From: Arcobacteraceae bacterium
GTDB lineage: Bacteria > Campylobacterota > Campylobacteria > Campylobacterales > Arcobacteraceae
Assembly: GCA_965224485.1 (NCBI GenBank)
Contig: CBDCZH010000023.1
Coordinates: forward strand, 32,001 to 96,000
Reading direction: 5' to 3'
DNA: 64,000 bases
The notes under the pieces were generated by a model, which was given only the letters and a program-made list of their open reading frames with translations, was not told where the DNA came from and did no database searches. Shown piece by piece: positions 10,600 to 21,297 of this stretch (its first letter is position 1; each line of letters starts with the position of its first letter). The position numbers and the translations under genes were made by a program.

Positions 10600-11873
10600 A
10601 TATTATCTAATTTCAATGCCTGATATGCTATATCAGTTCTGATTTTTTTTCCAGCGAAATGAACTTGCCCACATAAAGAATAAGCTCTATTTCTTGCTTG
10701 CTTAATACTTTTTCCTAAACCTACACACACTAAAATTCTTCCACCTGAAGAAAAAAGTTTATCATCTTGTTTTATTACACCAGCATATGAAATATGAGTA
10801 TTGTTTTTAATATCTTCATCAATTATTTCATCTATAATAATCTCAGCGTCTTTACTTGAACTATAAGGATAGTTTTCACTTGCCATTACAATTCCAACAG
10901 CAAATTCATCTTTAATTTTTAAATCAAGTGATTTTAAATCTTTTGTAGAAGCCTTATAAAAAAGCTCTGAAGCTGGTGTTTCTAATAAAGGCATAATGAT
11001 TTCACACTCAGGATCACCAAATCTTACATTATATTCTAAAATAATCGGCTCACCTTTTACAACCATAACACCAATAAAAAGAACACCTTCAAAAGAAGCA
11101 CCCTCTTTCTTCATTCCTTTTAATGTAGGTTCAATTACTCTTTTATTTACTTTTTCATAAATGTCATCATTTACTAAAGGTGTTGGAGCATAAGCACCCA
11201 TTCCGCCTGTATTTACACCTGTATCTCCATTACCTACTCTTTTATGATCTTGAGCGGCTGGTAATACAATATAATCTTCACCATCACAAATTGCAAAAAT
11301 TGATAATTCATAACCATCTAAAAATTCTTCAATTATTATTTCTTTTCCAGCATCTCCAAAAGAAGAACCAGCTAACATCTCAGATGCTGCCTTCTTTGCT
11401 TCTTTTATACTTTGTGCAATAATTACACCTTTTCCACCACATAAACCATCTGCTTTTACAACAATTGGTAAATTCATAGTTTCAATAAAATCATGAGCTT
11501 TTTTCTCATTTGATGTTTCTATAAACGCTGCTGTTGGTATATTATATTTTTTTAATATATTCTTCATATATACTTTTGAACCTTCAAGCTGTGCAGCTTT
11601 TTTGCTAGGGCCAAAAATAACTAAATCATGTTTTTTGAATATATCAACAACACCATCTACTAAGGGAGCTTCAGGACCTACTATTGTTAAATCAATAGTA
11701 CTTTTTTTTGCCCAAAGTGCCAATTCTTCATAATTATTAATATTTATATTAGTTCCAAGTGTAGATGTTGCACCATTTCCTGGCATAAAAAATAACTTAT
11801 GATTTTCTTCTTTATAAAGGGATAGACCAATAGAGTACTCTCTACCTCCGCTACCAAGTATCAAAATATTCAC
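10596..11873 (-). CDS. purD: Phosphoribosylamine--glycine ligase
   Basis: LGSGGREY, KADGLCGGKGV, NTGGMGAY and EYNVRFGDPE motifs. Confidence 0.97.
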   Translation of the reverse strand: MNILILGSGGREYSIGLSLYKEENHKLFFMPGNGATSTLGTNININNYEELALWAKKSTIDLTIVGPEAPLVDGVVDIFKKHDLVIFGPSKKAAQLEGSKVYMKNILKKYNIPTAAFIETSNEKKAHDFIETMNLPIVVKADGLCGGKGVIIAQSIKEAKKAASEMLAGSSFGDAGKEIIIEEFLDGYELSIFAICDGEDYIVLPAAQDHKRVGNGDTGVNTGGMGAYAPTPLVNDDIYEKVNKRVIEPTLKGMKKEGASFEGVLFIGVMVVKGEPIILEYNVRFGDPECEIIMPLLETPASELFYKASTKDLKSLDLKIKDEFAVGIVMASENYPYSSSKDAEIIIDEIIDEDIKNNTHISYAGVIKQDDKLFSSGGRILVCVGLGKSIKQARNRAYSLCGQVHFAGKKIRTDIAYQALKLDNI

Positions 11874-11893
11874 TAAAAGTCCTTAATTGTAAG

Positions 11894-12067
11894 TTACCCA
11901 AGTAGCCGTTGACCATCAAATGGCCCATAAAAGCCAATGACTGTACGTAAGAGTTATACTTTAGGAGCCTAAACACAATGAAAGGCTACACACCGTATAT
12001 TCTACAATTACACACATAAATACAGTATCGGACCCTCAACAATGGAAATCCCGCACTACTTAGATAA
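11894..12067 (-). ncRNA. ssrS: 6S RNA
   Basis: ~174-nt GC-richer non-coding segment whose ends pair (5' UUAUCUAAGUAG / 3' CUACUUGGGUAA); TAGAAT -10 just upstream; position upstream of purD matches the known 6S locus of Helicobacter/Campylobacter. Confidence 0.8.
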
Positions 12068-12071
12068 TAGT

Positions 12072-12092
12072 ATTCTAACTAATATTGCTTAA
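12072..12092 (-). promoter_or_regulatory. Sigma70-type promoter of the 6S RNA/purD unit
   Basis: Minus strand reads TTAAGcaatattagtTAGAAT immediately upstream of the RNA 5' end. Confidence 0.55.
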
Positions 12093-12106
12093 AGTGAAGT
12101 TTAAAA

Positions 12107-12742
12107 TTATAAACTTTGGGCTAGTTCTATGCATTTTTCTAAAGATGTACTAGGACTTATTTTAAAATCTACATAAGAAGGTAGATATTTAGCTGTAGTT
12201 TTTCCAATTACAACTGCTTTAAAACTCTTTTTCCAAGTATATCTTTTAAAAAAACAATCAATTGTTGAAGGTGAGCTAAAAATAATAATAGCATTATTAC
12301 TTATTTCTATTTCTTTTAAATCCTCATTGCAAGCTGTTTCATAAGTTATAAGTTCATTAATATCTATTTCTTGTTTTTTTAATAATAAAACCAAAGAAGA
12401 TACAACTTTTTTAGCTCTTATATATAAAACTTTTTTATTTTTTAATAAGGGAGCTAACTCTTTTGCAAAATCATTTCCATGAGATGATTCTCCTGTAAAA
12501 CAAAGAGATCCACCTTCACTTTTTATAATATCTGCTGTTTTTTTTGCAATTGCATAAGATGGTATGTTTTGCCAAGTTTTATTAAATGAGTTTAAAGAAT
12601 AAATTGCATTTTTTGAAGTAAATAATAGGGCATCATAAGAAGATAAATTAGTATTTGATTGTATGTATTTAATTTTTAAAACAGGAATGTTTATAACATT
12701 TGGGAATTTTATTTCACTTAAAATATAAACCTTAGAGATCAT
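12107..12742 (-). CDS. hemD: Uroporphyrinogen-III synthase
   Basis: LLFTSKNAI, IIFSSPST and IGKTTA motifs. Confidence 0.88.
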   Translation of the reverse strand: MISKVYILSEIKFPNVINIPVLKIKYIQSNTNLSSYDALLFTSKNAIYSLNSFNKTWQNIPSYAIAKKTADIIKSEGGSLCFTGESSHGNDFAKELAPLLKNKKVLYIRAKKVVSSLVLLLKKQEIDINELITYETACNEDLKEIEISNNAIIIFSSPSTIDCFFKRYTWKKSFKAVVIGKTTAKYLPSYVDFKISPSTSLEKCIELAQSL

Positions 12743-12794
12743 TTACGCTCAGCTTTTTAAAGAAGAAAATCTTCTTTGATTTTTTATATAAGAA

Positions 12795-12819
12795 TCTAGT
12801 GCTTAAAAAAAGCACTAGA
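12795..12819 (-). terminator. Hairpin downstream of der
   Basis: Inverted repeat TCTAGTGCTT...AAGCACTAGA just past the der stop. Confidence 0.5.
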
Positions 12820-12827
12820 ATATATAC

Positions 12828-14294
12828 TTAAATTAATTGACTTTCGTTTTCTTCGATTTCTAAGTCTAACTCATCAATATCATTACCTTCTCGCTCACCT
12901 TTTCCACGTGCAACAAGATGTATAGGTGTTCCTTCAAAGTTAATCTTATCTCTTAAAAAGTTAATTAAATATCTTTTATATGAGAAATGTAATAATCTTG
13001 GTTTATTCATAATTAATGCAATTCTAGGAGGTTTTGTTTCAAACTGAGTTGAATAATATATTCTTAAAAATGCACCATTTGGACTAGGAAGAGCATGTCT
13101 TCTAACAGCTTCCTCTATAGTATTATTTAAAATAGAAGTTGAAATTCTTTGAGAATAATTTTCATGAATATCAATTAATTTATCTTTTAATCGATCCATG
13201 CTTCTTCCAGTTTTAGCAGATACTGCAATAATTGGAGCATAATATAAAAATTTGAACTTACTTCTTACTGTTTCTTCAAATTTTTTAAATGTTTCTAAAT
13301 TCTCATCCCATTTATTTAATACAATAATAGTTCCTAAGGCATATTCATCAACCAAACCAGCTATTTTTTCATCTAAATCAACTAATTCACAAGAAGCATC
13401 TAGAACAATTAAAGCTAAATTTGCTTTTTCAAGCATGTCTCGTGTTCTCATTAAGGCGAATTTTTCAATTCCTTCAATCTTTCCACGTCTTCTTAAACCA
13501 GCAGTATCAACAAAAGTAATATCTTTACCCTTATATTGAAAAAATTCATCAACAGGATCAATTGTAGTTCCTGCTATTGGAGACACAACAGATCGCTCTG
13601 AGCCTACTAAAGCATTTAAAATTGAAGACTTTCCAACATTAACTCGTCCAATAATTGCAATTTTTATACTATTATCATCTATCTCTTCTTCTTCATTAAT
13701 ATCAGAGATATCTTCATTTTCATCATTTTCATTATCTTTAGTTTCAGAATTTCTAAGCTCTTCTTCACTTAAAGGAAGTTGCTCACAAATCCATTGAAAT
13801 AAGTTTTTTGTACCTCTATTATGAGAAACTGAAATACCAAACATTTTTTCTTCAGCAACACCAAATTCGTAAAAATCCCAAAGTCTCTCTAACTCTTTAT
13901 CATTATCAATTTTATTAACAACTAAAGCTAGTTTTTTACCTAAGGCCTGAAGTTCATAAAATAATTCTTTATCTTTATCATCAGGAATATTCTTACCATC
14001 AACGATAAAAAGAACTATATCAGCTTCTTTAGCACACTCTATTGCTTTTCTTTTTACATTTGAAAATATAGCATCATTAGTATCATCAATTCCACCTGTA
14101 TCTAAAAGTAAGGCTTCTCTTTCTAATATTTTAACTTCATGTTTTCTAATATCTCTTGTTGTTCCAGCTTGCTCAGATACAATCGCAATTCTTTTTTGTG
14201 CAATTCTATTAAACAATGAACTTTTTCCAACATTAGGCTGTCCCACAAGGGCAATTTTGAGTAAATCATCTCTATTATTATTTATACTTTGCAT
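12828..14294 (-). CDS. der: Ribosome biogenesis GTPase Der (EngA)
   Basis: Two G domains (GQPNVGKSS, GRVNVGKSS), acidic linker, C-terminal FEGTPI. Confidence 0.97.
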   Translation of the reverse strand: MQSINNNRDDLLKIALVGQPNVGKSSLFNRIAQKRIAIVSEQAGTTRDIRKHEVKILEREALLLDTGGIDDTNDAIFSNVKRKAIECAKEADIVLFIVDGKNIPDDKDKELFYELQALGKKLALVVNKIDNDKELERLWDFYEFGVAEEKMFGISVSHNRGTKNLFQWICEQLPLSEEELRNSETKDNENDENEDISDINEEEEIDDNSIKIAIIGRVNVGKSSILNALVGSERSVVSPIAGTTIDPVDEFFQYKGKDITFVDTAGLRRRGKIEGIEKFALMRTRDMLEKANLALIVLDASCELVDLDEKIAGLVDEYALGTIIVLNKWDENLETFKKFEETVRSKFKFLYYAPIIAVSAKTGRSMDRLKDKLIDIHENYSQRISTSILNNTIEEAVRRHALPSPNGAFLRIYYSTQFETKPPRIALIMNKPRLLHFSYKRYLINFLRDKINFEGTPIHLVARGKGEREGNDIDELDLEIEENESQLI

Positions 14295-14333
14295 AAATTA
14301 TTATTTTCCTACAATTTTTTTCTTATTATAACC

Positions 14334-14370
14334 AAAAAAAGGTATTAGCACTCATGCTAATACCTTTTTT
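14334..14370. terminator. Intrinsic terminator after hpf
   Basis: A7-GGTATTAGCA-ctca-TGCTAATACC-T6: 10-bp stem with A/T tracts on both sides. Confidence 0.85.
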
Positions 14371-14389
14371 ATTAAAAAATTAAGAAATT

Positions 14390-14932
14390 CTAGTATAAAC
14401 CGAATTTATCATCTTCTTTCATTTTGTATAAAACTCTCATATTATCATCTTTATCATAGAAAACTTTAAAACCAGCATCACTAGCTTTTAAATCAGATAA
14501 AGCTTCTTCAATTTCAATAGGTTTATAAGAACTTAATCTAGTTGGAACTATTTCATTTTCAAATTTTTCTAATTCAATAGCAACTTCATCTTGAACATTT
14601 AAAGCATCAAGCTCTGTTAATTTAGTAGCTTTATGCCCTGTAATTTTATCGTGATGTCTTCTTAAAACTTTAGAAACTCTATCAACTGCAATATCAACAG
14701 CCGAATATAAATCTTTATCTTTTTGTTTTACAACAATAGTATCTAAATGAGCAACATTTAATGTAAACTCAAAAACAAAAACAGGCTTACTGTTTCTTTC
14801 TTCTTTATCAATAATTGAATTTACTGAAATAATATCCAAATTATATTTTTTGAAAATATCTACTGAACTATTTACGTAATCTTTAATTGCATCTGTTAAT
14901 TCTATATGTCTTCCTACAATACTTGTATTCAT
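14390..14932 (-). CDS. hpf: Ribosome hibernation promoting factor, long form (RaiA/HPF)
   Basis: IVGRHIELTDAIKDYV and DLYSAVD motifs; C-terminal KPIEIEEA...FGL domain. Confidence 0.9.
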   Translation of the reverse strand: MNTSIVGRHIELTDAIKDYVNSSVDIFKKYNLDIISVNSIIDKEERNSKPVFVFEFTLNVAHLDTIVVKQKDKDLYSAVDIAVDRVSKVLRRHHDKITGHKATKLTELDALNVQDEVAIELEKFENEIVPTRLSSYKPIEIEEALSDLKASDAGFKVFYDKDDNMRVLYKMKEDDKFGLY

Positions 14933-15029
14933 GACAACTCCTTATATTTAATTACTTATATAATTATTCTAACAAAAGATACTTAAAAAAATAATAAGAT
15001 TTTTATAAACTAATTAGGAATTTGGGAAT

Positions 15030-17186
15030 TTATATCAAAATCTCTCTATTTCCTTTAGTATTAGCTTCTGATAAAACTCCATTTGCCTCAAGTTGTTCAA
15101 TAATTGTAGCAGCTCTGTTATATCCAATTCTAAGTTTTCTTTGAATATAAGAAATAGATGTTTTTTTATCACTTATTATAATATTTTTAGCATCTTCATA
15201 AAGTTCATCTAATTCAATCAAATCTTGCTTTGATAAAGATGAACCATCACTTGGTTTTTGTTTAACAAAATTCATATCATAAACAACTTCTCTTTGCTCT
15301 TTTAAAAACTCAACAACTTTTTCTATTTCATCTTCACTTGACCAAGGCGCATGAAGTCTAACTAAAGAAGATGTTCCAGGAGGAGTAAATAACATATCTC
15401 CTCTTCCTAATAAAGACTCAGCTCCCATAGAATCTAAAATAATCTTAGAATCTATTTTTTGCCCTACTTTATAAGCTAATCTACTTGGTAGGTTTGCTTT
15501 AATTAATCCAGTAACTACATCAACAGAAGGTCTCTGCGTTGCAACTATTAAGTGAATTCCAGAAGCTCTTGCCATTTGTGCTAGTCTTGCAATAGAGACT
15601 TCAACTTCTTTTCCACTTGTCATCATTAAATCAGCTAACTCATCAATAATAACTACAATATAAGGAATAGCATCGAATCCTTCTTTTTTTGATTTCTCAT
15701 TATAGTTTTCAATATTTTTAGTTCTAGTTTTAGCCATTAAAGTATAACGTCTTTCCATTTCACAAACCATATTAGCTAAAGCAGTAACTGCCTCACTAGC
15801 TTTTGTAATTACTGGAGTTAATAAATGAGGAATATCATTATACATTGAAAATTCAAGCATCTTAGGATCAATCATCATAAGTCTTAAATTATCTGGTGAA
15901 TTCTTATATAAAAGAGATAAAATCATTGAATTTATTCCAACAGACTTTCCAGAACCTGTTGTTCCTGCAATTAAAAGATGTGGAAGTTTTTTAAGATCTG
16001 TTATAAAAGGTTTACCAACAATATCTTTTCCTAAAATCATTGTTAGTGGAGATTTAGAGTTTTGGAAGATTTCAGACTCTAACATCTCTTTTAAATAAAT
16101 TGTTTGCATATTTTCATTTGGAACTTCTATTCCAACTACATCTTTTCCAGGAATTGGAGCTTGTATTCTTATTGTTTCAGCTTTTAAAGCCATTGCTAAA
16201 TCATCTTGCAAGTTTAATATTTTAGATACTTTTACATGAGGTGCTGGTTTAAACTCAAAAGTAGTAACAACAGGACCTGTATAGGTTCTAACAACATCAC
16301 CTTCGATTTTAAATAAAGACAATTTTTCCAATAAATCTTTAATTTTCCCATCAATTAAAGCTTCATTTACTTTTGATACTTTCTCTTTAGGAGAGTTTTG
16401 AAAAAATGAAGTTAAAGGAAGTTTAAAGTCTTTTGGTTTATCTATTACTCCTAACTCTATTTGATCTTGAAGTTTTTTATTCTCTTCTAATTCTTCAACT
16501 ATTACAGAGTGAGTATCTGTTGTGAACTCAAGTTCTTCTACTACTTCTTTTTTCTCTTCTTTTTTTAAGGAATTATTTTTTACTGTTGAGCTTTCAATCA
16601 GAATTTCAGCAGTATCCCCTACTTCTTTTACTACAATATTTTCTTCTTTTCTTTTTTCTCTTTTTTTAGGATCTATACTTTTTGTTTTTATTCTTTTTGG
16701 GTTTTCTTGTATAAAAGTACTAGATCTTGATTCATTTACTTTTTTAGCATACGCTCGCAAAGAAAATTCACTATCTTCTAAAAAAACAATATAAGAAATC
16801 ACTAAACCAATCAAAACACTTATCCATAAACCAGCATTACCAATATATGGACTTAAAGAAGTAATAATTATATTTCCAATTTCTCCTGAAAGTATGTCTT
16901 TTTCTAAAAGTAAAGCTTGCAAAATAAGTAAAGAAAAAATCAAAACTACAATAGTTAGGAATTTACTTAAAAAATCTATATAATTAAATTTTTTGTAAGT
17001 TACTAGATATAAAGGATATAAAAATAGTAACAAGTAGGCATAAGAAAGGTATCCAAAGTATTTATGTGAATAAGAAGCAAAGATAAATCCAATTTGACCT
17101 ATTGATTCTTTTTGAGTAAAAATAGTTGAATATTCAAAATAAACAATAATAAATAAGATGATTAATGATGAGATTTTTTTAAATAT
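15030..17186 (-). CDS. ftsK: DNA translocase FtsK
   Basis: GTTGSGKS Walker A, IIDELADLM and gamma domain QRKLRIGYNRAA; frame is open 51 codons upstream of TTG 17033 to an ATA at 17186 with an AAGG SD (start uncertain). Confidence 0.93.
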   Translation of the reverse strand: MFKKISSLIILFIIVYFEYSTIFTQKESIGQIGFIFASYSHKYFGYLSYAYLLLFLYPLYLVTYKKFNYIDFLSKFLTIVVLIFSLLILQALLLEKDILSGEIGNIIITSLSPYIGNAGLWISVLIGLVISYIVFLEDSEFSLRAYAKKVNESRSSTFIQENPKRIKTKSIDPKKREKRKEENIVVKEVGDTAEILIESSTVKNNSLKKEEKKEVVEELEFTTDTHSVIVEELEENKKLQDQIELGVIDKPKDFKLPLTSFFQNSPKEKVSKVNEALIDGKIKDLLEKLSLFKIEGDVVRTYTGPVVTTFEFKPAPHVKVSKILNLQDDLAMALKAETIRIQAPIPGKDVVGIEVPNENMQTIYLKEMLESEIFQNSKSPLTMILGKDIVGKPFITDLKKLPHLLIAGTTGSGKSVGINSMILSLLYKNSPDNLRLMMIDPKMLEFSMYNDIPHLLTPVITKASEAVTALANMVCEMERRYTLMAKTRTKNIENYNEKSKKEGFDAIPYIVVIIDELADLMMTSGKEVEVSIARLAQMARASGIHLIVATQRPSVDVVTGLIKANLPSRLAYKVGQKIDSKIILDSMGAESLLGRGDMLFTPPGTSSLVRLHAPWSSEDEIEKVVEFLKEQREVVYDMNFVKQKPSDGSSLSKQDLIELDELYEDAKNIIISDKKTSISYIQRKLRIGYNRAATIIEQLEANGVLSEANTKGNREILI

Positions 17187-17196
17187 TTTATAGCCT

Positions 17197-18141
17197 TTAT
17201 TTAAGTAATTTTGATATTTTAGCCTGTAATCTAAGCCAAGTTCTATGTTCCATTAAAGGAAAACCTGCCCACTGTTTTTTAGGCTCTTTTATACTTTTAG
17301 TAACTCCACCCCTGGCAGAAACTGTTGTAAAAGGTGCAATTTCTAAATGACCAGCAACTCCACTTTGAGCTCCCATGATTACATACTGTTTTAAAACAGA
17401 CGAACCAGCAAGTCCAACTTGACCAGTTAAGATACAGCCTTTTTCTAAAATACAATTATGTGCAATATGAACTAAATTATCAATTCTAACACCTGTACAT
17501 ATAAGAGTAGATTTAAAAGCAGCCCTATCAATTGCACAATTAGCACCAATTTCCACATCATCTTCTATGATTACATTTCCATTTTGATAAATTTTTATAT
17601 ATTTACCATCTTTTTGTGCAAAACCAAAACCATCACTTCCAATTACTGTTCCTGAATGAATAATACAGTTTGCTCCAATTATACACTCTTTATATATAGT
17701 AACATTAGCATGAATAATTGTATTTTCACCAATACTTACATTATCTCCAATATAAGCTCCACTTAAAATAGTACAATTTTTTGCAATGTTAACCCCAAAA
17801 CCGATATTAACACTTGGCACAAGTATTGAAGATTCATGAATTACAGCACTTTCTCCTTTTCTTTGAACAATAGAAGATGAGAAAAATTTAGAAGCATAAG
17901 CTAAAGCTACATAAGGTTCATCACAAATTAAAGCAATAGAAGTTTTGGGAACTAAAGGCGCAAACTCTTTATTTATAAAAATAGCCGCAGCTTTTGTATT
18001 TTTTAAATCTTTTAAATACTTTTTATTCTCTAAAAAAGTTATCTCATTTTGTGAAGCATCATTTAATGTATTTAATGAAGATATTTCAATATCTTCATTA
18101 CAAGATATTTTAAGTTCGTAACAAAGTTTTTTTAAGTTCAC
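17197..18141 (-). CDS. lpxD: UDP-3-O-(3-hydroxymyristoyl)glucosamine N-acyltransferase
   Basis: Hexapeptide repeats, GSDGFGF and [13 protein letters not shown] 18141 chosen just after the ilvH stop. Confidence 0.95.
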   Translation of the reverse strand: MNLKKLCYELKISCNEDIEISSLNTLNDASQNEITFLENKKYLKDLKNTKAAAIFINKEFAPLVPKTSIALICDEPYVALAYASKFFSSSIVQRKGESAVIHESSILVPSVNIGFGVNIAKNCTILSGAYIGDNVSIGENTIIHANVTIYKECIIGANCIIHSGTVIGSDGFGFAQKDGKYIKIYQNGNVIIEDDVEIGANCAIDRAAFKSTLICTGVRIDNLVHIAHNCILEKGCILTGQVGLAGSSVLKQYVIMGAQSGVAGHLEIAPFTTVSARGGVTKSIKEPKKQWAGFPLMEHRTWLRLQAKISKLLK

Positions 18142-18148
18142 AGTTTTT

Positions 18149-18646
18149 TTATCTTTCAATTGCAACAATTCCACTTCTTACTACTTCTAAAGGGTTAAAT
18201 TTTTCCATTACTGAAATAAAATTTGCAATTCTTTGTGCTGAGTCTGTTGCACTTACAATAATAGCTTCATTCGTAACATTTTGAATAGTTCCATTATAAG
18301 CTCTTGCTATTACATCAATATCAGCTAAATGATTATTAATTGAAAATTTCATTAATACAGTATCTTTTTCAACAACATTTCTATGTTCATTAACTCGTAA
18401 AACAGGAATTAATTTATTTAACTGTTTTACAATTTGATCCATAACTCTTTTATCACCAGTTGTTACAATAGTCATACGAGAGTATTTACTTTTTGACATA
18501 GGCGCAACTGTTAAAGAATCAATATTATAACCTCTTGCAGAAAAAAGCCCTACTATTCTTGATAAAACATTATTCTCATTCATAACAACAACAGAGATAA
18601 CTCTTCTTGTAATTTCACTATCATAATAGTGATTAAAATTATTCAT
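18149..18646 (-). CDS. ilvH: Acetolactate synthase small subunit
   Basis: ACT domain [30 protein letters not shown]. Confidence 0.95.
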   Translation of the reverse strand: MNNFNHYYDSEITRRVISVVVMNENNVLSRIVGLFSARGYNIDSLTVAPMSKSKYSRMTIVTTGDKRVMDQIVKQLNKLIPVLRVNEHRNVVEKDTVLMKFSINNHLADIDVIARAYNGTIQNVTNEAIIVSATDSAQRIANFISVMEKFNPLEVVRSGIVAIER

Positions 18647-20333
18647 TATTATCTCCTAATAAAGTCATTTCATTTAAAGCATGTCCATTTGGAACCATTG
18701 GTAATACTTCTTCATTTCTATATACTAATACTTCAATCATGGCAACTTTTTTCTTCTCTATTGCGTCTTTTAAAGCCTCATCAAACTCTTTTTTTGTATG
18801 AACTCGATAACCGTTTCCACCAAAAGCTTCTACTAATTTTACAAAATCAGGCTGTATACTTAAATCAGTTTCAGCTAATCTATTTTCATAAAACATAGTT
18901 TGCCATTGTCTAACCATTCCTAAATAATTGTTATTTAAAATGATATTAATTACAGGTAAATCAGATTGAATACAAGTCATTAATTCTTGAATATTCATCA
19001 AAATAGAACCATCGCCTGTAAAGTTTATAGAAATTTTATCTGGATTACCTCTTGCAACTCCCATAGCAGCAGGAAGTCCAAATCCCATTGTTCCTAATCC
19101 ACCAGAAGTATTAAACTGTCTTGGAAATGAGAAAGGATAAAACTGAGCAGTCCACATTTGATGCTGACCTACATCTGTTGAGATAATTGCCTTAGAACCT
19201 AAAAGCTCACCTACTCTTTGAATAGGCCATTGAGGTTTTAATTTATCACCTACATCTTCATATCGTAAAGGTTGTTTAATTCTATACTCTTGTACTAATT
19301 CAACCCAATTTGAGAAATCATTAAACTCTAACTCTTTTGCTAATTCAATCATTCCTTTTACTGTAACTTTTAAATCCCCTACAATAGGGAAATTTGTTTC
19401 TACTAATTTATCAATAGATGTAGGATCAATATCTACATGAATTACTTTTGCTTTTTTTGCAAATTCATCTAATCTTCCTGTAACCCTATCATCAAATCTT
19501 GCCCCAAGAGAGATTAATAGATCAGTATCATGAACAGCCATATTAGCAGCGTATTCTCCATGCATTCCTAACATTCCACAGAAAAGTGGATTATCATGAC
19601 CCATAGCTCCTCTTGCCATTAAAGTTTCAACAGCTGGAATATTAGTTAATTTAGCAAACTCTCTAATATCATAAGCACAGTTTGATAAAATAGCACCACC
19701 ACCTATATATAAAAGTGGCTTTTTAGCTTTACTAAGAGCTTCCATCGCTCTTTTTAATTGCTTTTTATTATAATTAATTGTAGGTTTATATGTTGGTAAA
19801 TCAACTACTTTTGGATATAAAAACTCTGCAAGAGCAGCTGTTATATCTTTAGGAATATCAACATGCACTGGACCTGGTCTTCCAGTACTTGCGATATGAA
19901 AAGCTTCTTTCATTACTCTTGGTATATCTTCTACACAAGATATTAGATAATTATGCTTTGTACATGGTCTTGAAATTCCAACTGCATCTATTTCTTGAAA
20001 ACCATCAGTTCCTATGATATTTGAAGGAACCTGCCCTGTTATTACAACTAAAGGAACTGAATCCATATAAGCATCAGCTAAGCCAGTAACTGCATTTGTA
20101 AATCCTGGACCACTTGTAACTATTGCAACTCCAACTTTTCCAGTTGATTTTGCATATCCTTCAGCTGCATGAATAGCAGCTTGTTCATGTCTTGTTAAAA
20201 TATGCTCAAAATCACTTTGTTTATAAATTTCATCATACACATTCATAATAGCACCACCTGGGTAACCAAAGACTACTTCAACCCCTTCTTCTTTTAACGA
20301 TTGTGTAACCATTTTTGCGCCAGTTATTTTCAT
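18639..20333 (-). CDS. ilvI: Acetolactate synthase large subunit
   Basis: FGYPGGA, TRHEQAA and ThDP motif GDGS...NN-YLGMVRQWQ. Confidence 0.95.
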   Translation of the reverse strand: MKITGAKMVTQSLKEEGVEVVFGYPGGAIMNVYDEIYKQSDFEHILTRHEQAAIHAAEGYAKSTGKVGVAIVTSGPGFTNAVTGLADAYMDSVPLVVITGQVPSNIIGTDGFQEIDAVGISRPCTKHNYLISCVEDIPRVMKEAFHIASTGRPGPVHVDIPKDITAALAEFLYPKVVDLPTYKPTINYNKKQLKRAMEALSKAKKPLLYIGGGAILSNCAYDIREFAKLTNIPAVETLMARGAMGHDNPLFCGMLGMHGEYAANMAVHDTDLLISLGARFDDRVTGRLDEFAKKAKVIHVDIDPTSIDKLVETNFPIVGDLKVTVKGMIELAKELEFNDFSNWVELVQEYRIKQPLRYEDVGDKLKPQWPIQRVGELLGSKAIISTDVGQHQMWTAQFYPFSFPRQFNTSGGLGTMGFGLPAAMGVARGNPDKISINFTGDGSILMNIQELMTCIQSDLPVINIILNNNYLGMVRQWQTMFYENRLAETDLSIQPDFVKLVEAFGGNGYRVHTKKEFDEALKDAIEKKKVAMIEVLVYRNEEVLPMVPNGHALNEMTLLGDNNE

Positions 20334-20477
20334 GCTATCCTCTTTATTATAAAATTATTTGTATTTTACAAAAGTTATTATTAAATTAGTGTTAATAATA
20401 AGTACTTAATAAGCTTCTTTAAAGGATTTTTTATTATTTTTTATATATAATGTAAAAAAATGTGTAAGGGATAAGTC

Positions 20478-21290
20478 ATGGATGTAAATAGTATTAATAA
20501 TGAAATAATAAATCTAAACCAGAGTTCCCCGGCAATAATACATAAAAATGAGCAAAATTCTGATATTAAAAAAGTATCAAAAGATGATGCTTTAAATCTT
20601 AGTATCTCAGATATTTATAATAAAAAAAGAGATGAATTATCATATTCTTTGCAGACACTAAATGAAGGTGTAGCAATAAACCAAATTTCTAAAAAAGGTT
20701 TAGCACAGCAACAAGAGCAATTAGTTAATGTTCAAGATAGGCTAAATGAAGCAAAAAACAATGTAGAAAAAGGTTTTGATAAAAATGATCTAAAAGAAGA
20801 TATTTCTAAAAATTTAATAGAATTTAATAATATAGCTCAAAATACAACATATAAAAATGAAAAGTTATTAACTGTTGAGAAAGATGATGAAAAAACCGTA
20901 ACTATTTCAACACAACAATCAGTTTATACCTTAGAGAAACCAGAAACTAAAGAAGTTCTAAGCGCCTTAGCTCAAAACTTAGAAAGTAATGATTTTTCAA
21001 ATGAAGAAGATTTAACTAAAGCTCTAATAGATACTAATACTGCAAGTAAACAAATTGATAGTTTTATACTTAGAGTTGATGATACAGATCAAAGAATGGT
21101 AAATAATGCAAAAAATACTATAGGAGAGCAAATAGATCTATCTAAAGAAAATTCTTCTTTAAGGGATATTGATTTTGGAGCAGAAGTTGCTGATTTTTCC
21201 AAAACAAATATTAACTCACACCTAGGTTTTTTAGCAGGAACACAAGCCAATATTGTTCAAGAACAAAGTATTAGATTATTAAGTAAATAA
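20478..21290 (+). CDS. Short flagellin-like protein
   Basis: Flagellin N-like NEGVAINQI...NIAQNTTYKNEKLL; C-terminal LRDIDFGAEVADFSK...QANIVQEQSIRLL. Confidence 0.75.
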   Translation: MDVNSINNEIINLNQSSPAIIHKNEQNSDIKKVSKDDALNLSISDIYNKKRDELSYSLQTLNEGVAINQISKKGLAQQQEQLVNVQDRLNEAKNNVEKGFDKNDLKEDISKNLIEFNNIAQNTTYKNEKLLTVEKDDEKTVTISTQQSVYTLEKPETKEVLSALAQNLESNDFSNEEDLTKALIDTNTASKQIDSFILRVDDTDQRMVNNAKNTIGEQIDLSKENSSLRDIDFGAEVADFSKTNINSHLGFLAGTQANIVQEQSIRLLSK

Positions 21291-21297
21291 TTACTTT

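Noticed and set aside
11894..12067. Purine riboswitch upstream of purD
   Set aside because: No purine-aptamer consensus; end-to-end pairing and length fit 6S RNA
764..18898. Plus-strand ORFs 764-991, 1502-1834, 5429-5746, 11180-11422, 13252-13539, 16522-16794 and 18629-18898
   Set aside because: Antisense shadows of well-supported minus-strand genes, with no recognisable motifs
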